Shown here: positions 8,969-14,878 of the stretch, one piece after another
Numbering within the stretch: the first letter of the stretch is position 1
Layout: each line of letters starts with the position of its first letter
Origin: Nitrosopumilales archaeon
GTDB taxonomy: Archaea > Thermoproteota > Nitrososphaeria > Nitrososphaerales > Nitrososphaeraceae
Length of the DNA stretch: 24,000 nucleotides
Direction of reading: 5' to 3'
NCBI GenBank assembly: GCA_044507735.1
Contig: JBIQJB010000001.1
Coordinates: 102,255 to 126,254 of the forward strand
Translations under genes and position numbers: made by a program
Notes under the pieces: model-generated
Databases searched by the model: none
Seen by the model: the letters and a program-made list of their open reading frames with translations, nothing else
What the model was told of the DNA's origin: nothing

Positions 8969-9247
8969 TTACTTCTTGAGCGCGGACTTTACTATGCTGA
9001 GCAGCTCTTTGGAATATTCCTGAGCAGAGACAGCCGCATCCTGAACGACTTCCATCGGATCCTTTCTCTTTGTGGCAATTCTCATCTGGTATTCCTTCGT
9101 TAGCGGATGCTTCTGGATGACGCCCGCAAAGTCTACGCTCTTTTCCTTCAAGAGCTCATGCTGTACAATGTATAAAATAGAAATATCCTCGTCACGAATT
9201 TTTAGCTCAATTTCATTATCCTTTACGTCGGAAATTTCAGCCTGCAT
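8969..9247 (-). CDS. rpoL: DNA-directed RNA polymerase subunit L (Rpo11/RpoL)
   Basis: 92 aa. DNEIELKIRDEDISILYIVQHELLKEKSVDFAGVIQKHPL matches the RpoL/Rpb11 pattern (E.E.edHTl.n.l...L......V.fa.y...HPl). Confidence 0.8.
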   Translation of the reverse strand: MQAEISDVKDNEIELKIRDEDISILYIVQHELLKEKSVDFAGVIQKHPLTKEYQMRIATKRKDPMEVVQDAAVSAQEYSKELLSIVKSALKK

Positions 9248-9283
9248 GAACGCAATACAGACAACTACTTATTGAGGATATAA

Positions 9284-9820
9284 ATGATACCATCAGGACG
9301 AAAAATGGCTGATAGCTTCATCGCCGGCGCGACCCTTGAAAAATCGCAGGACAATGTCAAGTCCGGCCAGCCCCTTACACTCAGCCTCAGCTTCAAGATT
9401 AGTGGTGCGATAAGAGAGGCGTTTACTCAAAAGAATTGGGAGCGCGCTTACAACAAGCATGACAACGGCTTTAGGATGACAATAGAAGTCGACATCAAAT
9501 CGGGTAGAACGGTAATCATGCCCCTAAAATTTGTAAGAAAGGCAGCACTGTTTTGGACACGCAATCCAAAGATCCCATACAGGATTTGGGTCTCCATAGT
9601 CAAGGACGAGGCGCCATTCTACCCTATAACTGAAGAAGAAGCCCGGTCGCTGCTATTCGATGTCAACAAGGTGATCGAGTTGAGTGGAAACGATCTTGAT
9701 TCCGGCACACACAAACTTCATGCAGACATACGCGTTTCATGGGGCAAGCACGACTATACCGAACCAATAGAGATCAAGGGAAAATCAAACGAGATAAGCA
9801 TTACACGTGTAGCTGCTTGA
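9284..9820 (+). CDS. Hypothetical protein (no recognisable domain)
   Basis: 178-aa ORF, or 171 aa from the second ATG at 9305. The second ATG is better placed relative to the GATATAAA box at 9276-9283. No Cys and no TM segment; looks beta-rich. Divergent from rpoL. Confidence 0.55.
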   Translation: MIPSGRKMADSFIAGATLEKSQDNVKSGQPLTLSLSFKISGAIREAFTQKNWERAYNKHDNGFRMTIEVDIKSGRTVIMPLKFVRKAALFWTRNPKIPYRIWVSIVKDEAPFYPITEEEARSLLFDVNKVIELSGNDLDSGTHKLHADIRVSWGKHDYTEPIEIKGKSNEISITRVAA

Positions 9821-9868
9821 CCGCGAATGCCTTCAAATTTTTTATAGTAGATTGTTTCATGCGTTTTT

Positions 9869-10807
9869 ATGACTGACAGCCAGAGCGATGACGCTAATAG
9901 CAGAAAAGGGTTCTTTGACACAAGACGAATTGGTGTTTTGCTGGCTATTGTTGGCGCGTCCATCATAGTCGCTCTCATTGTTTACGGTATTAGCACTGTC
10001 GTCCCGGTGCAGCAGCACGTGGATGCGGAAGACATTCAGGGCAAAGTGCTTGTGACTAGGACAATGACATCGATTCAAGATCCAGGTGCTGGCCATGAAA
10101 CCCATCAAGTTGTGATGTTTCTACCGCCGCTTGCAGAAGATGTGATCTATAGTGGAACGCTAACCTGGGCAGCCAGCGGTCCTGTCGAGGTGTTCACATA
10201 CCATCATTATGATGGGCCGGCCAACAACTCTCCTCCTCTATATAGAGAGCCGTCAAATGGTGTAACTTATGCTTCACCGCTATTCTATATCCCACCAGAT
10301 TCTGAAGATCACGGTTCAATGCAGCTCGCCGCTAATGCTATCGGTTTTCATAGCCTTGTAGGATCAAAGTTCATGGTAACTGCAACCTTTGACGGTTGGA
10401 CCAAGAAAGTTGATCTTGTGCCCTATTCGGATAGCACCAAGAACAGCGCAGATGCGATGGCGCCATCACCCATTATCGCCCCAACAACAGTCGATCCTCA
10501 AAAGATGAACTATACAATCTTGACTGAAGACGAAATCCAGGATTTGCTTGAGATGCAACTAAAAGGCTGGGAGCTTGTTGATGGCAAGCTCCACAAGACA
10601 TTCCGATTCGACGACTTCACCCATGCCTTCCAGTTCATGTACAAAGTCGGGCTCGAAGCAGAAAAGATGAACCATCATCCGGACTGGACCAACAATTACA
10701 ATACAGTGTCTGCATATCTGTACACCTGGAGCGTTGATAACAAGATTACAGACTATGACATCAGATTGGCGGAAATCATGGATAGAGAAGCTGCAGCATT
10801 AGAGTAG
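9869..10807 (+). CDS. Membrane-anchored fusion protein: N-terminal TM anchor, unknown ~190-aa domain, C-terminal pterin-4a-carbinolamine dehydratase (PCD/DCoH)-like domain
   Basis: 312 aa. KGFFDTRR followed by the TM helix IGVLLAIVGASIIVALIVYGI. The C-terminal ~95 aa (LTEDEIQDLLEMQLKGWELVDGKLHKTFRFDDFTHAFQFMYKVGLEAEKMNHHPDWTNNYNTV...DYDIRLAEIMD) match the PCD family (E..mnHHPd....y..v). TATA-like AAATTTTTTATAG lies at about 9835-9848. Confidence 0.75.
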   Translation: MTDSQSDDANSRKGFFDTRRIGVLLAIVGASIIVALIVYGISTVVPVQQHVDAEDIQGKVLVTRTMTSIQDPGAGHETHQVVMFLPPLAEDVIYSGTLTWAASGPVEVFTYHHYDGPANNSPPLYREPSNGVTYASPLFYIPPDSEDHGSMQLAANAIGFHSLVGSKFMVTATFDGWTKKVDLVPYSDSTKNSADAMAPSPIIAPTTVDPQKMNYTILTEDEIQDLLEMQLKGWELVDGKLHKTFRFDDFTHAFQFMYKVGLEAEKMNHHPDWTNNYNTVSAYLYTWSVDNKITDYDIRLAEIMDREAAALE

Positions 10808-10853
10808 TCACACTCTGAGGATTTATATGATTAAAATGCGCAGTTAGCTCTCA

Positions 10854-11927
10854 GTGCAAACGACGAACGTACCAGGCAAAGAAGCCGAGCTGTATGCGCA
10901 ATTGCCAAACGGCAGGATAAAATGCACTGCCTGTGCAAGGCTGTGCGAGATACCTGAAGGCAAGATCGGGCTCTGCGGAATAAGAGGCGTGATAAATAAC
11001 AAATTGCGGTTGTTCGTTTATGGTAGAGTCATAGCCGGCCACATCGACCCAATCGAGAAGAAACCTGTCACCCATTATATGCCTGGATCCGACATATTTT
11101 CAATTTCAACTACTGGGTGCAACTGGCTCTGCCAGTATTGCCAGAACTATGACATCTCGCAGAGACGCAAGGTAGGAGGCGCAGAGATGACACCGGAACA
11201 GGTAGCCGCCACCGCTGCGCGGTACGGATCGCAAGGAATCGCCTACACTTACAACGAGCCTTCAATCTTTATCGAGTTTGCCCGCGACTGCGGAATTGAG
11301 GCACACAAGCGGGGGATCTTTAACATCTTTGTATCAAACGGCTATGACACGCCCGAGTCTGTAAACATGATGGGGCAGTTTTTGGACTGCATCACTGTCG
11401 ACTTTAAGGGAAGCGGTGAGCAGAAATTTGTCAGACGGTATATCGGCATACCTGATGCAGACCCGATTTTCCAGACGCTCAAAGAAATCCGCGACAAGAC
11501 AAAAATCCATGTCGAGATAACGGATCTTGTCGTGCCGCACGCAGACGACAACTTGGATGCTGCAAGAAAGCTATGCAGGTTTGTGCACGACGAGCTTGGG
11601 CCAGACACTCCGATACACTTTTTGCGATTCCATCCTGACTATAAGATGCTGGACTTTGAAAGCACTCCAATTGAGATGCTGGAAAAACATCATGCACTAG
11701 CCAAGCAGGAGGGGCTCAAGTATGCATATCTTGGAAACGTGCCCGGCCACCCTCTTGAAGACACCTATTGCCCGGAATGCAAGAATGTTGTCATTGGCCG
11801 TTATGGCTATGCAATAGAGTCGTGGAATTTGGACAGCAACAACTGCTGCAGGAACTGCCACTATCCTATACCTATAGTGGGGAAACTTCACAAGGCAAGA
11901 AAGAATCCGTTTCAATTTGTTCATTAG
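10854..11927 (+). CDS. AmmeMemoRadiSam-system-type radical SAM enzyme (PflA-like activase family)
   Basis: 357 aa with a GTG start. N-terminal Cys cluster CTACARLCEIPEGKIGLCGIR, radical SAM motif CNWLCQYCQN (CX3CX2C) and C-terminal CPECKN...CRNC. TATA-like ATTTATATGATTAAAA lies at 10821-10836. Confidence 0.85.
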   Translation: MQTTNVPGKEAELYAQLPNGRIKCTACARLCEIPEGKIGLCGIRGVINNKLRLFVYGRVIAGHIDPIEKKPVTHYMPGSDIFSISTTGCNWLCQYCQNYDISQRRKVGGAEMTPEQVAATAARYGSQGIAYTYNEPSIFIEFARDCGIEAHKRGIFNIFVSNGYDTPESVNMMGQFLDCITVDFKGSGEQKFVRRYIGIPDADPIFQTLKEIRDKTKIHVEITDLVVPHADDNLDAARKLCRFVHDELGPDTPIHFLRFHPDYKMLDFESTPIEMLEKHHALAKQEGLKYAYLGNVPGHPLEDTYCPECKNVVIGRYGYAIESWNLDSNNCCRNCHYPIPIVGKLHKARKNPFQFVH

Positions 11928-11962
11928 GTTAAAATTGCACGTCGCAGGCAGAGCTATTCACC

Positions 11963-12036
11963 GGGGTCGTTGTCTAGCTTGGTATGATGCCAGCCTTGGG
12001 CGCTGGAGGCCGCTGGTTCGAATCCGGCCGACCCCA
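11963..12036 (+). tRNA. tRNA-Pro (anticodon UGG)
   Basis: Folded by hand. Acceptor stem GGGGTCG/CGACCCC. Anticodon stem CCAGC/GCTGG with loop CTTGGGC (U33, UGG anticodon, G37). T arm GCTGG-TTCGAAT-CCGGC. Discriminator base A. No encoded CCA and no intron. Confidence 0.85.
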
Positions 12037-12331
12037 TCATCTTGTATATAGCCGGTGCACGCTAGGGCATGAGTAGGATTTCTTCAGAGTATCTTACCTT
12101 GGGATGTCCCTCCTCACTATGCAAGCACCCTCTGCTCCCGTAGCAGAGACTCTGATAGCAATAATGCAGATCCTGTGATACAATAATGTAGTTAGTTGAC
12201 GATTCTGCGATACGTCTACTAGGCGCATATCGAAGATCGGCTGCGATCAGGGCAAGCGAGTCTAAGCCTGGATAATTGAATCTTCGTCGAGTCCAGAAAC
12301 GTTGGTTGCCTCGCGGCAGATCCAGTTATCC

Positions 12332-12841
12332 TCATACTGTTATTGGATTGCCGTATTTCTCATGGTATGCTAGTTTGTCCAGCGGAACACGATCTTTCTT
12401 GCCTGTCAGTTTTCCTGCAGGGTATCCAAAACCTACGACCAGTGCAACGCTCAGCTCTCTTGGTATCGCAAAATCGCTTCGAAGCTTATCCTCTTTTACG
12501 CCCGTGAATACTCCTGAGGCAACTCCTTGGCCCCAGGCTGCCAGTTGCATATTCTGCAGGACCCTTCCAGCGTCAATCAGGTGAAAGTTGTAATTCGGAT
12601 TTGTCAGTACTATGATTGCAAAGTTGGCTCCAGAAACCCACGCCCCACTAGTGCTATCTTCTGCAAGCTTTCTAAGCTGATCCTTTCCATCCACCAAGAT
12701 AAAGCGCCAATGTTGAGTGTTCAGACCTGTGCCAGTCATTCGAGCTGCTTCGAGAACTCTTTGTTTTATTTTGGCCGGTACTTCATGCGGGCTGAACTGT
12801 CGCACATCAAGTTTTGTGACTATGCAGTCAAACACATCCAT
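12332..12841 (-). CDS. Nitroreductase-family FMN oxidoreductase
   Basis: 169 aa. RQFSPHEVP....VLEAARMTGTGLNTQHWRFILV and LQNMQLAAWGQGV match the nitroreductase fold signature. Confidence 0.85.
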   Translation of the reverse strand: MDVFDCIVTKLDVRQFSPHEVPAKIKQRVLEAARMTGTGLNTQHWRFILVDGKDQLRKLAEDSTSGAWVSGANFAIIVLTNPNYNFHLIDAGRVLQNMQLAAWGQGVASGVFTGVKEDKLRSDFAIPRELSVALVVGFGYPAGKLTGKKDRVPLDKLAYHEKYGNPITV

Positions 12842-12933
12842 ACAGGTAACACTGATTCGACTCTTAAGCGACTTAAGGGTTTCGAGATTCTTCGATTTAG
12901 TGCATATTGCTTAAAGCAGCTGTGCTGACTTCT

Positions 12934-12972
12934 GGAAAATGAAAAAGATGAAAAAGAAAGGAAAAAGGGGGA
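12934..12972 (-). terminator. C-rich/oligo-T terminator after amoA (minus strand: CCTCCCCCTTTTTCCTTTCTTTTTCATCTTTTTCATTTTC)
   Basis: Three or more T5 runs begin 3 nt after the amoA stop codon on the coding strand. Confidence 0.5.
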
Positions 12973-12975
12973 GGT

Positions 12976-13626
12976 TTAGTCCCACTTGCTCCACGCGGCC
13001 ATCCATCTATATGTCCACGTGTTAAGCTTTGCACCCAACGCAGCGATCGGGACGGACAGTACTGCTCCTGCACCTGAACCTAGCGCTACCGGACTGTTGT
13101 AGAACTTACCCACCTGGGGCTCGATTGGAGTCATGTATGCTGGTAGTGTTGGTCTAGGATACTTGAATGCCACTTCGAGTGGATCCCTGACGAGCAGCAG
13201 GTTGACCATGTTGAACAGCGGAAGTGACAGGCCAACTAGTGAACCGCCAATGATGATTGCAGCGTGCTTGTTCCGTCTTGTAGCCCAGTATGTGAGATCC
13301 AACAGCATTGCCGAAGGTATCCAGATCGGGACTACAATGAAGTCGTACGGATAGCCCAGTGCGAACCATGCACCCTTTGCGACCCATGTGTAGATTGTCA
13401 TGATTGTGGCGTAGTATGTGGCAGTTCCTGGTACTCCTGTGAAGAGCATGTAGTATATCGCACCCACAACGAGCATGGTCGATTGCGAGATTGAGAATAC
13501 TACGAAGGAGGTCCACATCCAGTCTGTGTAGAAGATATAGTCTCCTGCGTTGATGGTTAGCAGCGTGCTGTTGACAGCAACGACTACTATGAACAAATAG
13601 TGCGTTGTACGTCTAAGCCAGACCAT
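12976..13626 (-). CDS. amoA: Ammonia monooxygenase subunit A (archaeal AmoA)
   Basis: 216 aa. MVWLRRTTHYLFIVVVAVNSTLLTINAGDYIFYTDW..., FTGVPGTATYY, YPYDFIV, PSAMLLDL, PLFNMVNL, FKYPRPTLP.YMTPIEPQVGKFYNSPVALG and KLNTWTYRWMAA form the near-invariant archaeal AmoA backbone that I recognise. Confidence 0.97.
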   Translation of the reverse strand: MVWLRRTTHYLFIVVVAVNSTLLTINAGDYIFYTDWMWTSFVVFSISQSTMLVVGAIYYMLFTGVPGTATYYATIMTIYTWVAKGAWFALGYPYDFIVVPIWIPSAMLLDLTYWATRRNKHAAIIIGGSLVGLSLPLFNMVNLLLVRDPLEVAFKYPRPTLPAYMTPIEPQVGKFYNSPVALGSGAGAVLSVPIAALGAKLNTWTYRWMAAWSKWD

Positions 13627-13649
13627 TATCTACCCAGATAGAGACGTAG

Positions 13650-13664
13650 TATATTAATTTTTAT
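13650..13664 (-). promoter_or_regulatory. TATA-like box of amoA (minus strand ATAAAAATTAATATA)
   Basis: There are 23 nt between the box and the amoA ATG, implying a leaderless or nearly leaderless mRNA. Confidence 0.55.
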
Positions 13665-13909
13665 GCTATTCAAACGATGGTGCGAAATTCAGACCTTGCA
13701 ATACCGTGACACCCTTGGAATTGAACACGTATGATGTGAACTCGGTAGAATAATTTGTGAATACTATCCTTCGTCTCAGAAGGGGATGATACAAGCGACC
13801 AACTGCTATCATCTTTCCCCGAGTAGTCTGGCTTGAGATATACGCCTAGCAGGAGGGGATAGTGGGGCAACGCCTTAACTGGAACGCCTGCACCGGAAAT
13901 CCCGACCCT

Positions 13910-13971
13910 GGAGTAGGACTAATGCTCTTGCTGATGCTAAAGCCGTGGGAGACATGCCTCTGTCCTACTCC
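13910..13971. repeat. 10-bp perfect inverted repeat GGAGTAGGAC / GTCCTACTCC with a 42-nt spacer
   Basis: Read directly: arms at 13910-13919 and 13962-13971. This is the largest of at least five inverted repeats inside the ORF-free spacer upstream of amoA. Confidence 0.9.
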
Positions 13972-14442
13972 TGCTCATAAGGGTACTTGATAGGAGCTAC
14001 GGACTTTGTGCAATTTAGAATGGATCGCAAGCTACCTCGAGAAGGAGGAAGGTGACCATATGCGGATGTATTTTTCCACACTGCATGGCGTGAGAGTGCG
14101 CTGACGACGGTCTTTATTTCTAGTTGCCAGGAATTCCTAGACAAAGTACAAGACCGTTTCAAATTAGAGAGCATAAGGAGCACGCTTTGAGGAATACATC
14201 GATACTCTACACCGATTGGAGTATCCGCTGTGGTATCACAAGATTTCGTGGTACTGGAAAGATATGCTGTACGGGATCAGAGGACGAGGATGACGACGAC
14301 CGCATTGCATTGGCATGGTCTATCTCTCGTCAGGCGGTTTTGAGGCGGCTTCAAGAAGAGTAATCAGCCGCCGAGTATGGTCAAGGTGACTCAGCTTTGA
14401 CATGGGGAAAATATCTGACTGAAGATCTATCGAGTAGATCTT

Positions 14443-14473
14443 TGTATCAAAACAAAAAGAGGAAAAAGAGAGG
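14443..14473 (-). terminator. C-rich/oligo-T terminator after the amoX-like gene (minus strand ...CCTCTCTTTTTCCTCTTTTTGTTTTG)
   Basis: T5, T5 and T4 runs start about 6 nt after the stop codon. They are followed by the hairpin AGATCTA-TCGAG-TAGATCT (14423-14441). Confidence 0.5.
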
Positions 14474-14478
14474 TATTC

Positions 14479-14781
14479 TTAAGCTCTGACGGGCTTTTCG
14501 TGAGCGATCTTCCAGATGAAGAAGAACCCAAGTGCCTCGATTACGGTCAGGACGGAAAGCGCGTAGATGCCGCTCGGTAACGGATATGCCCATGGGTAGA
14601 CTGTTACGCCTACATAGACTCCGCCTGCGGTTGCAGCCCAACACAGCGCAAAGCCCAGGATGTAAATACCGTTCATGTTCTCGACTCTACGGCCGATCAT
14701 GCGCTCAATGTCGTCGCGGCTTTCGCCTCCACCGCCACCGGTTCTCTTACCACCACTTCCGTATCCCTTTGGTAATGTCAT
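14479..14781 (-). CDS. Small two-TM membrane protein, possible AMO-associated subunit (AmoX-like)
   Basis: 100 aa. Gly-rich cytoplasmic N-terminus (GYGSGGKRTGGGGGESRDD). Two hydrophobic helices (GIYILGFALCWAATAGGVYVGV and IYALSVLTVIEALGFFFIW). Own TATA-like box 21 nt upstream and an oligo-T terminator. Same strand as amoA and upstream of it. The AmoX assignment rests on size, topology and context, not on sequence recall. Confidence 0.6.
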   Translation of the reverse strand: MTLPKGYGSGGKRTGGGGGESRDDIERMIGRRVENMNGIYILGFALCWAATAGGVYVGVTVYPWAYPLPSGIYALSVLTVIEALGFFFIWKIAHEKPVRA

Positions 14782-14802
14782 TTGCTATACAATCAGAACG
14801 TG

Positions 14803-14816
14803 CCTTTTTAAATTTT
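14803..14816 (-). promoter_or_regulatory. TATA-like box of the amoX-like gene (minus strand AAAATTTAAAAAGG)
   Basis: A/T-rich element 21 nt upstream of the ATG at 14781. Confidence 0.45.
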
Positions 14817-14861
14817 GCTGTTATGCATGCGGGGAAGGCTGGGAAGAACGAAATTCGCTGT

Positions 14862-14878
14862 GAAAAAGAAAAAGAGGG
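14862..14878 (-). terminator. Oligo-T terminator after the 391-aa PEF-CTERM-like gene (minus strand CCCTCTTTTTCTTTTTC)
   Basis: Two T5 runs lie immediately after the stop codon at 14879-14881. Confidence 0.45.

Noticed and set aside
12150-12215. Possible C/D-box sRNA (CTGA, TGTGATA and TGACGA elements)
   Set aside because: The boxes deviate from RUGAUGA/CUGA and are not in the C-D'-C'-D order, and there are no terminal pairing stems.
12037-12331. 295-nt ORF-free stretch downstream of tRNA-Pro, considered as an integration site for a mobile element
   Set aside because: There is no integrase or transposase in the flanks. I saw no direct repeat of the tRNA 3' end (GGTTCGAATCCGGCCGACCCC) elsewhere in the window. 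The flanking genes are ordinary chromosomal genes. The CTCTGCT-CCCGT-AGCAGAG hairpin (12130-12148) alone does not indicate an att site.
13133-13516. ORFs overlapping amoA (13133-13354 +, 13154-13516 -, 13264-13494 +)
   Set aside because: They sit in alternative frames inside the unambiguous amoA coding sequence. Nothing supports overlapping genes.
14124-14363. 79-aa plus-strand frame in the amoA-upstream spacer, ending ...EDEDDDDRIALAWSISRQAVLRRLQEE, which looks like the tail of a helix-turn-helix
   Set aside because: It has no ATG anywhere in the frame; the only start is a TTG directly after a stop codon. It has no TATA box, and the upstream frame closes after 10 codons. At most it is a remnant of a decayed regulator, and it is covered by the spacer finding.
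13700-14440. Possibility that the spacer encodes RNase P RNA or SRP (7S) RNA
   Set aside because: I looked for the universal RNase P CR-I (GAGGAAAGUCC) and CR-V elements and for the SRP helix-8 motif (GGAAG...GNAR). The only match is an 8-mer, AAAGTCCG, on the minus strand (14000-14007), which is not enough. A covariance-model scan would be needed.
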